The notes under the pieces: model-generated | Seen by the model: the letters and a program-made list of their open reading frames with translations, nothing else | Database searches by the model: none | Told to the model about the DNA's origin: nothing | Program-made: the position numbers and the translations under genes | Assembly (NCBI GenBank): GCA_024686195.1 | Contig: JAIBDO010000002.1 | Span: 1 to 58,950, forward strand | DNA length: 58,950 nt | Source: Gammaproteobacteria bacterium | Lineage (GTDB): Bacteria; Pseudomonadota; Gammaproteobacteria; GCA-001735895 | Direction of reading: 5' to 3' | Shown: one piece after another, positions 10,463 through 20,322 of the stretch | How the letters are laid out: every line of letters begins with the position of its first letter | How positions within the stretch are numbered: the first letter of the stretch is position 1

Positions 10463-11205
10463 TGCTGGCGATAATCGGAGGTAGCGGGCTTTACTCGCTG
10501 GGCCAGGACTTCCATCTGCTCGATCAGAAGTCGCGTAAAACGCCTTATGGAGAAACGTCGGCGGATGTGTTGCTGGGTCGTTGGCATGAACTGGGGATCG
10601 CCTTCCTGCCCCGCCACGGCGCTGGACATCGCGTACCCCCGCATGCGGTCAACTACCGTGCCAACCTCTGGGCGCTGAAGCAGGCCGGTGTCAGCCGGAT
10701 TATTGCGGTTAATGCGGTGGGCGGCATCGGCACCGATATGGCTCCGCGCACCCTGGCCTTACCGCATCAATTGATTGATTACAGTTCGGGCCGTGAGCAC
10801 AGTTTTTTTGACGGTGACGATGGTGTTGTGCAGCATGTCGATTTCAGTCAGCCCTACAGCGCGAGCCTGCGCAACTGTCTGCAACAGGCGGCAGTGCAGC
10901 TCGGCCTGGTGCTGGTGACGTCAGGAACCTATGGTTGTACCAACGGGCCTCGTTTCGAGACGGCGGCTGAAATCGAACGTATGCGCCGAGATGGTTGTAG
11001 CATTGTCGGCATGACCGGGATGCCGGAAGCAGGCCTGGCGCGAGAGCTGGAAATCGAATACGCCTGTCTGGCGCTTGTTGTCAACTGGGCGGCGGGAATC
11101 GACGACAGTGAAATCAGTATGGAGGAGATAATGGCGAATCTTGAGCAGGGCATACAGCAGCTTAACCCGCTGCTGCTGGCTGCCGCGCGGTCGATCGAAG
11201 CATGA
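10459..11205 (+). CDS. MTAP-family purine nucleoside phosphorylase (S-methyl-5-thioadenosine/-inosine phosphorylase)
   Basis: 248 aa: AIIGGSGLY...FLPRHG.GH..PPH.VNYRANLWALK...GPRFETAAE...VGMTGMPE. Overlaps hpt by 4 nt. Confidence 0.85.
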   Translation: MMLAIIGGSGLYSLGQDFHLLDQKSRKTPYGETSADVLLGRWHELGIAFLPRHGAGHRVPPHAVNYRANLWALKQAGVSRIIAVNAVGGIGTDMAPRTLALPHQLIDYSSGREHSFFDGDDGVVQHVDFSQPYSASLRNCLQQAAVQLGLVLVTSGTYGCTNGPRFETAAEIERMRRDGCSIVGMTGMPEAGLARELEIEYACLALVVNWAAGIDDSEISMEEIMANLEQGIQQLNPLLLAAARSIEA

Positions 11206-11756
11206 ATTACTGCAGCCAGTGCGGACGGCCGGTTATCCTGAAAATCCCGGTGGATGATAATCGTGAGCGTTTCGTCTGCGATCATTGTGACACCATACAT
11301 TATCAGAACCCGAATAACGTCTGTGGCGCCATACTGACGCAGGGAGAACGTGTCTTGTTGTGCAAGCGCGCCATCGAACCTCGCTATGGTCTTTGGACCC
11401 TGCCGGCGGGTTTTATGGAAAATAATGAAACGGTGGCCGAGGGCGCGGCGCGCGAAACCATGGAAGAGGCCAATGCCAGGGCTGACGAGTTGACCTTGTT
11501 TGGTATTTTCAGCATGCCCTATATCTCGCAGGTCTACATGATGTTTCACGGCGAGTTGGTCAGCGATATATCCCCGGGCCCCGAAAGCCTTGAGGTCGGA
11601 TTATTTACACGCGCGCAAATTCCCTGGGATCAACTGGCGTTTCCGGTAATTACCCATAGCCTGGAGTTGTACTTCGAGCATGGCACCGACAAGGTGCATC
11701 ATGCCTGGTTCAGTCGTGGGCCCGACCGCAGTGTCGAGGTACATTCAATTGATTGA
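11202..11756 (+). CDS. NUDIX hydrolase with N-terminal zinc ribbon
   Basis: 184 aa with CSQCG...CDHC ribbon and Nudix box GFMENNETVAEGAARETMEEA. Overlaps the previous gene by 4 nt. Confidence 0.8.
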   Translation: MNYCSQCGRPVILKIPVDDNRERFVCDHCDTIHYQNPNNVCGAILTQGERVLLCKRAIEPRYGLWTLPAGFMENNETVAEGAARETMEEANARADELTLFGIFSMPYISQVYMMFHGELVSDISPGPESLEVGLFTRAQIPWDQLAFPVITHSLELYFEHGTDKVHHAWFSRGPDRSVEVHSID

Positions 11757-11819
11757 GCTGCTGCGCTGCTGATTGAACCGCTACGTGGAGCCGGGGGAGG
11801 GCGCTGCGGGTGACGCTCA

Positions 11820-13073
11820 CTACCATAACGAAATGTCGGTAAATTCTGACACCATGGAACGATTGCGACCATTGTTCTTGGCTTCGTAAAGAGCCACGTC
11901 AGCGCGCTTGATCAGATCGCCGATGGATTCGCCTTTGACGATGGCAGCGCAACCAAGACTCGCCGTTATCTGGCCCTTATGGTTAAAATTCGTGGTAGCG
12001 ACGAGCTGGCGAATCGTTTCGGCGATAGGCAGCAAATCCTCTTCCTCAATAGTGGTGCAACAAATCAGAAATTCTTCACCACCCCAGCGGGCGACGAAAT
12101 CACTGCTGCGAATGGCCTTGTCAAATGTCGCAGCCAGCGTCTTCAGCACCTCATCCCCCGCATCGTGCCCAAACTTGTCATTGATCAACTTGAAGCGGTC
12201 GATGTCGAGCATGATGATGCCGAAACGCTGATTGTGGCGTTCGAAGCGCGAAAATTCCTTGTGCAGAATCTGGTTCATGTGGGTGCGATTGGATAAACCG
12301 GTGAGATTGTCGGTCAATGCCATGCGCGTCAGTTCATTTTTGTCTTCGAGTAATTCCTTTTGCGTGTCGAGTAGTGATTCGGTGCGTTCGTATATTTTTT
12401 CTTCCAGGTAAGTGTTCATATCCTGTAACTGACTCGACAGTTTGCGGCCATACCAGATCGCGATAAAGGTAACGGTCAGGCTGATGAGCACGGCAACAAT
12501 CGAAAACAGGGTGATCCGCGTGCGACTGCTTTGCGCATCCTGGCTTGCCAACAACATCGCCTCTTCGACATCCAGGCGTTGCATCTGGGTAAGCTCCGAC
12601 AGATGCGCCAGCAGTGGCACCGTTTTGGGTAGCACTTCCTGCAGAAGCACCAGGCTTGCCTCATCGCGACTGCCATTCAGGAACAGCACCGACACCTGCC
12701 GGTTGAGATCGCTGATCTCTTTGTCGAGATTATCTATTGCTTTCATGAGGTCATACTCGCGCGGTGCCAGCAGTGACTCCAGGCGTTCACGGGTGGCCGA
12801 GTAGGCGCCGCTCATGCGGCTGAAGGTTGGCCATGATTCATTCTCAATGAAATCGTTTTCGCTCAGCAACATTGATTGCATGAAGCGAGTTCGATTCTGA
12901 ATGATGGTCGACAGTTCGTTGATCAGGTTGATTTTCTGTAACTGCCCGGCAACCTGCAGATTGAACTGCGAACCGCCGCTATTAATGGACTGGAACCCGG
13001 TGTAGGCGAGCGCAATCATCAACAGGATGACAATGCCGAAGCCAATGGTTAACAAGCGAGTTGGATGATGCAT
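11820..13073 (-). CDS. membrane diguanylate cyclase (periplasmic 4-helix-bundle-like sensor + GGDEF)
   Basis: 417 aa with two TM helices flanking a roughly 160-aa loop, a coiled coil, then a GGDEF domain with active site GGEEF and an RSSD I-site 5 residues upstream (KAIRSSDFVARWGGEEF). Confidence 0.9.
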   Translation of the reverse strand: MHHPTRLLTIGFGIVILLMIALAYTGFQSINSGGSQFNLQVAGQLQKINLINELSTIIQNRTRFMQSMLLSENDFIENESWPTFSRMSGAYSATRERLESLLAPREYDLMKAIDNLDKEISDLNRQVSVLFLNGSRDEASLVLLQEVLPKTVPLLAHLSELTQMQRLDVEEAMLLASQDAQSSRTRITLFSIVAVLISLTVTFIAIWYGRKLSSQLQDMNTYLEEKIYERTESLLDTQKELLEDKNELTRMALTDNLTGLSNRTHMNQILHKEFSRFERHNQRFGIIMLDIDRFKLINDKFGHDAGDEVLKTLAATFDKAIRSSDFVARWGGEEFLICCTTIEEEDLLPIAETIRQLVATTNFNHKGQITASLGCAAIVKGESIGDLIKRADVALYEAKNNGRNRSMVSEFTDISLW

Positions 13074-13129
13074 CTAGCGCAGATTAACCCCTGGGGTCGG
13101 CGAAACATAGTTTGATTTGGTAAATGTCA

Positions 13130-15412
13130 TTAAACTGATTCCAGGATCGAAGCGCAAATTTTTTGTTGGGCATTGTCGACATTCTTGTATATCACGCCAT
13201 GTATGTCGCTATCGAGTGTAATGACAGCTTTCTGTTTGGCAACGATCAATTTGTCGAGTGTCTCGATGCTGGCCGGATCGACGACGGGATCGTTGTCTCC
13301 CTGATAGAGGTACACATTAGCGTTGATCGTGAGTTCTCCTTCGCGTAAGTGGTCGATAAATCGCTGTACCTGGTAAAGCGCGCGAACTGGAATGTGCTGA
13401 TAGTTTATTTGCGGATTTTCGGGCTGATTTGGCGTAAACGGCATAATGCCCTCCGAATTGACCCAGCTCACCAGTTTGTTGGCGTGGTGAACCAGCGGCA
13501 CGAATACCATGTTCTTGTTATTGAAGTGCACCGGTGCGCAGACCGAAGTGACTGACTTGATGCGTGGATGTTGATTGTTTGCAGCGTGATTAAGTGCGAG
13601 CAGTCCGCCGGTGGAAAATCCGACGATGTGCACCGACTGACTGAATGCCTTGGCAATGTCGTAACCGCGCACAACCGATTCCGCCCAATCATGCCAGTTG
13701 CGCTCACGCAGGTCCCAGGGTGAGGTGCCGTGGCCCTTGAGCCTTATTCCGATCACGTGACAGCCGGCTGCGTGCAGACGTTCACCCAGGCTTCTCATCT
13801 CTGCCGGACTGGACAGGAAACCATGAATCAACAACACCGCGGGTGCGGGTTTCTGTCTGGACTTGAGGAAAAACCAGTTAGCATCCGCCGTTTGTGTCTG
13901 TTGTGCATTGATCTCTTCATAGCGTTCCCGTTGATATTGCCCACGGTCCCACTGATACCCCAATACCTGATCATTAAAGCGATAATCGGCAATGGCCTGT
14001 GCAGAGAGTTTGTCAACTCCGTTCATCGCCTTATCGATAATGCGCGTCACTCGCGACAACGGACGAACTTCGTTGGCATAAACGTTGATCAGATTTTCGG
14101 TGCGCACCTCGTCGATCTCGAATTCTTCGACCAGTTTGCGATCGAGTACGTAGTGACCATCCTCGACATGGATAAGCTGCAGGTTTTTCGCGCTATTGAG
14201 GAACTGGTCCAGGCGAATACTGCCCTTGTTGATGATGGCGTCGTACTCTTCTGGATTACACAGGCTGCGATGCAGGCGATGTTCGGTCTGCTGCAATAGC
14301 TTGATGCCGTGATATAGCATTTTGTGCAGGCGCTGACATTCGATGCGGGTCTGCTGTTGTTCACACAGGCGCATGATGATCAGCGAGGCGATATGGCTGA
14401 GGTTGATGGTAACGGCTTCGTACATCGAGCGCATGTAATCGTCGCGAACCCTGTTCGACTTGGCTTTCATGCCAAAGGCGTGAATACGGCCGCTGAGGTT
14501 ATGTTTGCCTGGCTTCAGCTCAAATAGATTGTTCAGCGACTCGAAACGATGCACCGCGTTTGGCAGCAAGCGTTTCTCCCACCAGCGCCAGTAATTTCCG
14601 GCGACGATGGGACGCGAAAAACGGATGTCCATGTCGGTTTCTTTGAACAACAGATTACCTTCGACGATCAGTTCTTCGGCGAAACGTTTATTAATGCTGC
14701 GGTTAAACAGGCGCGCCGCCTGGTGCAGGATATTGTCGCTGACACGTATCGGATAAAAGGTAATGTGACTGGGCACTATGATGGTCGGTTTGACGGCTCT
14801 CACCATCAGTTTTTCGACGTCATCAAAGTCCAGTTGCTCGGCCCAACGTTCTATGCGTTCGTATTTGCCCGCCGCGTAATCGTGCAGTAAAGCGGTCTTG
14901 AACGCATCCAGCGCGAGCGCAATGACGGCTGGACCACGGTGATGTTTGCGGCGTTCATTGGCGGTACGCGAAAAGATACTGTATTCGCCTTTATGGTCCA
15001 CCACGCGTTTATCCTTGACCATGCCGCCTTCCGGGAAGATCACCAGCTTGCGTCCGTGCAATAACTCCCGCGCCAGAAATGGAAACAGATTCGGCATGTT
15101 GTTTGGAACCACGCCGATGGAAAAGAGGAATTGACTGAAACGTTCGTCACCCTCAAAAAACTCGGGCGAGGCCACCGAACGGCAATGGGCACCGCAGGCT
15201 TCGTGGATCAGATATTGAGGAATAAAGGTTTCAAAGCGGGCGAAATGATTGAACAGGAAGATATCACCCTGCTGTACGGTATCATCGTCAACACCATCGT
15301 CCTGGTGCAATTTGATGTTGAGTTTCAACAGTTTGCGTGTGCTGCGGAAAGCACGGACGCAGAAGTTATAGATTCTGGGATTGATGACCGGATTTTCCGG
15401 AACAACGGGCAT
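13130..15412 (-). CDS. fusion protein: N-terminal PlsC/LPLAT-type acyltransferase + C-terminal alpha/beta-hydrolase (lipase/esterase)
   Basis: 760 aa. N-terminal part has NHFARFE (HX4E variant of the HX4D motif, H56) and FPEGG (126-130). C-terminal part has LLIHGFLSS (oxyanion HG), the GFSTGG nucleophile elbow, GDNDPVVD and DIHG (Ser-Asp-His triad). Confidence 0.75.
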   Translation of the reverse strand: MPVVPENPVINPRIYNFCVRAFRSTRKLLKLNIKLHQDDGVDDDTVQQGDIFLFNHFARFETFIPQYLIHEACGAHCRSVASPEFFEGDERFSQFLFSIGVVPNNMPNLFPFLARELLHGRKLVIFPEGGMVKDKRVVDHKGEYSIFSRTANERRKHHRGPAVIALALDAFKTALLHDYAAGKYERIERWAEQLDFDDVEKLMVRAVKPTIIVPSHITFYPIRVSDNILHQAARLFNRSINKRFAEELIVEGNLLFKETDMDIRFSRPIVAGNYWRWWEKRLLPNAVHRFESLNNLFELKPGKHNLSGRIHAFGMKAKSNRVRDDYMRSMYEAVTINLSHIASLIIMRLCEQQQTRIECQRLHKMLYHGIKLLQQTEHRLHRSLCNPEEYDAIINKGSIRLDQFLNSAKNLQLIHVEDGHYVLDRKLVEEFEIDEVRTENLINVYANEVRPLSRVTRIIDKAMNGVDKLSAQAIADYRFNDQVLGYQWDRGQYQRERYEEINAQQTQTADANWFFLKSRQKPAPAVLLIHGFLSSPAEMRSLGERLHAAGCHVIGIRLKGHGTSPWDLRERNWHDWAESVVRGYDIAKAFSQSVHIVGFSTGGLLALNHAANNQHPRIKSVTSVCAPVHFNNKNMVFVPLVHHANKLVSWVNSEGIMPFTPNQPENPQINYQHIPVRALYQVQRFIDHLREGELTINANVYLYQGDNDPVVDPASIETLDKLIVAKQKAVITLDSDIHGVIYKNVDNAQQKICASILESV

Positions 15413-15627
15413 TTATTGATCACCTGTATCGGCTTGAATGATGGGGCCTATATATTTCTGGCTTGATCGTCGTGGAAAAGTTCCGTTTCGATCTGTCACG
15501 CAAACTCGCCTTAACACTCTATATAGTAACCCCCGGGCCGGTTGTCTATAGCCGTCGGCAGTTTGTATCGGAACGAGAGGCAGTGAGGTTCACCGCGTTT
15601 GCTGAAGATGTATTGCTGGTAATCGCT

Positions 15628-16203
15628 TCAGTCGTGAGCGGCTTCGTCGTCAGTTCGCCATTTGATGTTGCACCCCACGCTTGGAATTTGCGTATTGCTG
15701 ATAGCCTTACCGGTGAGTAGTGCATCAACCGCAGCCTGCAAGTCTGCACCATTGACTGGTTCATTGTTGCCGGGCCTTGAGCCGTCGTACTGGCCGCGAT
15801 ATACCAGCCGGTGCGCGTCATCGAACAGGTAGAAATCAGGCGTGCAGGCAGCCTGATAGGCAACTGCGACCTGTTGCGATTCGTCGTAAAGGTAGGGGAA
15901 ATCAAAGGCGTGAGTACGCGCAAATTCTGCCATTTTTAGCGGGCTGTCCTGCGGGTAGCCTGCCACGTCATTGGAGCTGATCATGACGACGCCGAGGCCG
16001 CGCTGGAGCTCGGCGTTGGCAAAATCCACAAAGGAGTCAATGATGTGCAGAACATAGGGGCAGTGATTGCAGGAAAATACTACGGTCAATGGTTTGCCGA
16101 CGTAATCGTAAAGACTGACCTGCTTGCCCGTCAGGGGGGCAGGCAGGGTGAAGTCAGGTGCCTCGGTGCCGAGCTCCAGCATCGTTGAAGGGGTTTGTAC
16201 CAT
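15628..16203 (-). CDS. thioredoxin-fold protein (AhpC/TSA-like, CxxC)
   Basis: 191 aa: LPAPLTGKQVSLYDYVGKPLTVVFSCNHCPYV. Confidence 0.75.
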   Translation of the reverse strand: MVQTPSTMLELGTEAPDFTLPAPLTGKQVSLYDYVGKPLTVVFSCNHCPYVLHIIDSFVDFANAELQRGLGVVMISSNDVAGYPQDSPLKMAEFARTHAFDFPYLYDESQQVAVAYQAACTPDFYLFDDAHRLVYRGQYDGSRPGNNEPVNGADLQAAVDALLTGKAISNTQIPSVGCNIKWRTDDEAAHD

Positions 16204-16368
16204 GGTGGCGATTGCTCTAATGGAATCGGTCGGGATTATAACCCGAATCGAGGTGAGCGGTTAAGCTGGTCGACCTGATCGTAAACTAAAACGGGCAGGC
16301 TTTTTGTGAAAGAAATTAGCGCCGTTCACACCTATACTTACAGGCCCGAAATAAGATAGTGTAATTTC

Positions 16369-19300
16369 TTGGCGGCAAAACCTGACAATCAGCAGAAAAC
16401 TCCCTCTATCGAACAGTCGTTACGTGATGAGAACGCTACGCTGCGGGCGCAATTGGCCAAAGCACAGGACCTCATTGAATTCCAGAAGCATCGCCGTGGT
16501 GAATTATCGAGATTGCTCAAGGTTGGTTTCTGGGAATGGGACGAGCAGGAGCATCTGCCGACTTCCTATTCGCCGGACGTGGCCGATGTATTAGGGCTGA
16601 GTAATGCCCAACTGGAGAGGTATTATGATGATCCAGACGATTTTAAAAGCATTATTCATCCCGATGACCTGGCGCTTTACGAAGAGAACCTGAACGGACG
16701 CCAGCTGCTGACACCGGAGTCGTCGTGCGTCTTTGACTATCGCATTCTGCCAGACCAGAGGAATATCCGTTACATCCGAGAGTATCAGAAGGGCGTGTTC
16801 GATGGTGCCGGGCAACTGGTATCGAGTTTTGGAATCTTGCAGGACATCACTGAGGCCCGGCTCGCGGTTGAAGCGCTGCAGGAAAGCGAGAGGCGCTATC
16901 ATTCGCTGTTTGAACAATTACCTCTAGGCGTGCGCGAAGAGGACTACCGCGCGGTCAAAAAGGTTGTTAACAAGCTGCACTGCCAGGGCGTCGAGGATAT
17001 TGAGGCATACCTGCTCAGTAATCCTCGAATTCTGCGAGACATGTTGGAGCAAACCAGCATCATCAATGTCAACGAAACCCTGCTGCGCATGTATGATGCC
17101 GATAGTCGCGAAGCATTCCTCGCCAGCGAAGCCGATATGGATGATTGGTGGGACTCTCAGTGGGTCGAGTACTACGCGGCTGAAATTGCCGCTCTTGCCA
17201 GTGATAAAAGAATATGCGAGTCAGAACAGGTTGATTCAAAGATTGACGGCACCTTGTTCGAAACCCGTACCCTCGTTACTTTGGCCAGTGGTGACGAGGA
17301 TACATGGGCGCGAGTGATTACTATCCATGAAGATATTTCCAATCGCAAAAAAGCCGAGTCCGAACTTGTTGATGCGATACGACGGGCGGAGTGTGCCAAT
17401 CAGGCCAAGTCCGACTTCCTGTCGAGTATGAGTCACGAGCTGCGCACTCCTTTGAATGCCATTCTTGGCTTTGCACAACTGTTTACCTACGATCGCGGTC
17501 TTAGTGAGCAACATCTCGCTAACGCCAACGAGATAAATCGTGCTGGCAAGCATTTATTGTCGTTGATCGATCAGATTCTCGATTTGTCGCGAATCGAGTC
17601 CGGCGAAGCTGATATGTCACTTGAACCTGTATCGCTTGAACGCGTGTTCACCGACTGTGTCGCCTGGGTGAGGCCACTGGCACAGGAGCACGGAATAAAT
17701 ATCGAATGTGACCCGTCTCAGTTTGCTGCAATCAATGTGCGTGCTGATTCGATTCGGCTTAAGCAGGTATTTCTTAATCTACTCAGTAATGCGGTTAAGT
17801 ACAATCGCGATGGCGGGCTTGTTGAGGTTATTTCTAATGCAGTAGACGATCAACTGCGGATTGGAATTCGAGACTCCGGTGCCGGTATCTCCCCCGAAAA
17901 GCTGAAGGAGCTGTTTCAGCCCTTCAATCGACTGGGTGCCGAATTCAGTGGTATTGAGGGCTCAGGGATAGGACTGGTGATTTCGCGACAGTTGATCGAC
18001 CTGATGAAGGGCGCGCTCGAAATCGAAAGTGAAGTGGGGACGGGCAGTACTTTCTGGGTAAGCCTTCAACTGGACACGGTGCAGGCTTCTCCAGTCGGGG
18101 GCGCTTCCCTGGACCCCCACCTTGTTTCCGGTATGAGAGAGGACGACGAAACTCTGCGGATCCTGGTGGCTGAAGACAATTTAATCAATCAGGAATTGAT
18201 GACGGCTCAATTGAGGCTGCTGGGTTACCAGGCGGATTATACTGAGAACGGCATCCAGGCTCTGGCGCATTGGCAGCAGCGGAGCTACCACTTGCTGCTG
18301 ACCGATATTCGTATGCCGGAAATGAATGGGTATGAACTGGTAAAAGAAATACGCCGGCTTGAACCTGGCGATGGAAGCCGCACACCGATAATCGCGATTA
18401 CAGCCAATGCGCTTGCTGCGGATGTCGACAAATGCTTTAAAGCTGGGGTAGACGATGTCATTGCCAAGCCTGTAGAACTCGAAGACTTGCGCAAGACGCT
18501 GGAAAAATGGCTGCCCGCCGAGATACTGGCAAGGTCGAAACAGAATTCGTCTACATCAGTGGATATCGCAACACCCGAAGATCTGCCGGCGAACGCGCTG
18601 CCTGATGAAGTCATTGACCACGACGTGCTGGCGCATTCTACCGGTGATAAACCCGATTTGCACAGGAGTTTGTTGCGCTCTTACGCGGATGCCCTGGAAC
18701 AGGAGCTCGACAAGATCCAGCAGGCTTTTGCATGGAAAAACAGTGAGCAGATCGCCACATATAGTCACAAGCTGAAATCGTCCTCGCGTAGCCTTGGTGT
18801 CACCGATGTGGCTCTAGCCTGTGAGCGGCTTGAGTTAGCGGCAAAACAACAAGATTGGTCTGAACTGGAACAACTGATACCGCTTCTGCATCGAAGTAGC
18901 GGTAATGCACTGAGCTCGATCCAGAGCTTTATACAGCAGCGGCATGAACCGCTGAAAATGTTAATCGGTGAGGATGAGCGCGGTCTCGAGTTACCGCTTG
19001 ACGAAGAGGCGGACGTCACGCAGTTCAGTATAAAAGTGTTGCTGCTGGATGATGACTACATCATGCATCGCGTAACCTCGGTGATGCTGAACGATCTGGG
19101 TGTTTCGAGAGTTATAAATTCGATGTCGGGACCGGATGCGCTCGCTATCCTGAAAACCCAGAGCGATACCATCGATGTAATTATCTGTGATCTGAACATG
19201 CCCGATATGGATGGTGTCGAGTTCATTCGGCATCTCGCCGGAAGTGATTATTCGGGATCCCTGATCGTCACCAGTGGCGAGGATCTGCGCATACTGAAAA

Positions 19301-20226
19301 CAGTAGAGAAATTGGCTATCGAGCACGATCTGCACGTACTGGGTGTTCTCGAAAAGCCGGTGACGCCGACAAAGCTTGGCGAATTGCTCGATTCGCTGGA
19401 TCAGATTCAGCAGGAAGGCACCTTGCTGGTTTACGATGCCATCACCTTGCCGGAACTGGAGCGCGCCATTCAAAACGGCGAGCTGGAAACTTATTTTCAG
19501 CCCAAGATCGATATCGCTTCAGGGCGTGTTGTTGGTGTCGAAGCGCTGGCTCGATGGAATCACCCTGTCAAGGGGTTGATTAAGCCATACTCGTTTATCT
19601 CGCTGGCAGAAGACAACGGTTTGATCGGTGCTCTAACCGAGTCCATCTGCCGCAAGGCGATGGAGTATGCAGCAAGGCTGAAGGCGATGGATTATGAACT
19701 CAATATCGCTATCAACCTGTCGGTCGACTCGCTGAAAGATCTGGACTGGCCGGAAAAAATAACCGAGGTGCTGCGCGGTTTCGAACTTGAAGCGAGTAGT
19801 ATTTCTTTTGAAATAACAGAAAGTCGGTTGATGGAAGACGCATCAATCGCTCTTGATATACTTAGCCGCCTGTCGCTGAAACGCTTCAACCTGTCGATCG
19901 ATGACTTTGGCACCGGTTACTCTTCGATGGAACAGTTGCAGCGTATACCGTTTTCCGAGTTCAAGATCGACCGTGCCTTCGTGCACGGTGCGGCAAGCGA
20001 CGCGTCCGCACTTGCGATCCTCGAATCCAGTGTCCTGTTGGCCAAGAAACTCAAAATGACAGTAGTCGCCGAGGGTGTCGAAGATCAACAGGACTGGGAT
20101 CTGGTTGCGAGCCTGGATTGCGATCAGGTGCAGGGATATTTCGTTTCCAGGCCGTTACCTTTTCCACAGTTGCTGAAATGGTTGAACGATTTGAAAAATC
20201 AGAAACAATTTGTACCCGGCGCTTGA
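16369..20226 (+). CDS. cytoplasmic hybrid sensor kinase / phosphodiesterase: PAS-PAS-HisKA-HATPase-REC-Hpt-REC-EAL
   Basis: 1285 aa with a TTG start (no in-frame ATG for over 200 codons) and no TM helix. My residue count: H356 (SMSHELRTPLN); N-box NLLSNAVKYN about 470; G-boxes RDSGAGI and GSGIGL; REC1 D646 (LLLTDIRMP) and K700; Hpt H800 (YSHKLKSSSRSLG); REC2 D941 (VIICDLNMPDMDG) and K996; EAL 1058-1060 with DDFGTGYSS 1178-1186, EGVE and QGY. Confidence 0.9.
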   Translation: MAAKPDNQQKTPSIEQSLRDENATLRAQLAKAQDLIEFQKHRRGELSRLLKVGFWEWDEQEHLPTSYSPDVADVLGLSNAQLERYYDDPDDFKSIIHPDDLALYEENLNGRQLLTPESSCVFDYRILPDQRNIRYIREYQKGVFDGAGQLVSSFGILQDITEARLAVEALQESERRYHSLFEQLPLGVREEDYRAVKKVVNKLHCQGVEDIEAYLLSNPRILRDMLEQTSIINVNETLLRMYDADSREAFLASEADMDDWWDSQWVEYYAAEIAALASDKRICESEQVDSKIDGTLFETRTLVTLASGDEDTWARVITIHEDISNRKKAESELVDAIRRAECANQAKSDFLSSMSHELRTPLNAILGFAQLFTYDRGLSEQHLANANEINRAGKHLLSLIDQILDLSRIESGEADMSLEPVSLERVFTDCVAWVRPLAQEHGINIECDPSQFAAINVRADSIRLKQVFLNLLSNAVKYNRDGGLVEVISNAVDDQLRIGIRDSGAGISPEKLKELFQPFNRLGAEFSGIEGSGIGLVISRQLIDLMKGALEIESEVGTGSTFWVSLQLDTVQASPVGGASLDPHLVSGMREDDETLRILVAEDNLINQELMTAQLRLLGYQADYTENGIQALAHWQQRSYHLLLTDIRMPEMNGYELVKEIRRLEPGDGSRTPIIAITANALAADVDKCFKAGVDDVIAKPVELEDLRKTLEKWLPAEILARSKQNSSTSVDIATPEDLPANALPDEVIDHDVLAHSTGDKPDLHRSLLRSYADALEQELDKIQQAFAWKNSEQIATYSHKLKSSSRSLGVTDVALACERLELAAKQQDWSELEQLIPLLHRSSGNALSSIQSFIQQRHEPLKMLIGEDERGLELPLDEEADVTQFSIKVLLLDDDYIMHRVTSVMLNDLGVSRVINSMSGPDALAILKTQSDTIDVIICDLNMPDMDGVEFIRHLAGSDYSGSLIVTSGEDLRILKTVEKLAIEHDLHVLGVLEKPVTPTKLGELLDSLDQIQQEGTLLVYDAITLPELERAIQNGELETYFQPKIDIASGRVVGVEALARWNHPVKGLIKPYSFISLAEDNGLIGALTESICRKAMEYAARLKAMDYELNIAINLSVDSLKDLDWPEKITEVLRGFELEASSISFEITESRLMEDASIALDILSRLSLKRFNLSIDDFGTGYSSMEQLQRIPFSEFKIDRAFVHGAASDASALAILESSVLLAKKLKMTVVAEGVEDQQDWDLVASLDCDQVQGYFVSRPLPFPQLLKWLNDLKNQKQFVPGA

Positions 20227-20250
20227 AATCCCCCTGTTAATTCCCAAATA
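20222..20250 (+). promoter_or_regulatory. sigma32 (heat-shock) type promoter for the sHSP gene
   Basis: CTTGAAA (20222-20228), a 14-nt spacer, then CCCAAATA (20243-20250). The E. coli consensus as I recall it is CTTGAAA-N13/14-CCCCATnT. The -35 element contains the kinase stop codon. Confidence 0.55.
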
Positions 20251-20322
20251 GTTGAGTGCGACCACCATGTCTCTTTGAGAATGTTGGCGCTTACATTAAT
20301 TGCTTCATTTGGAGAATTTATT

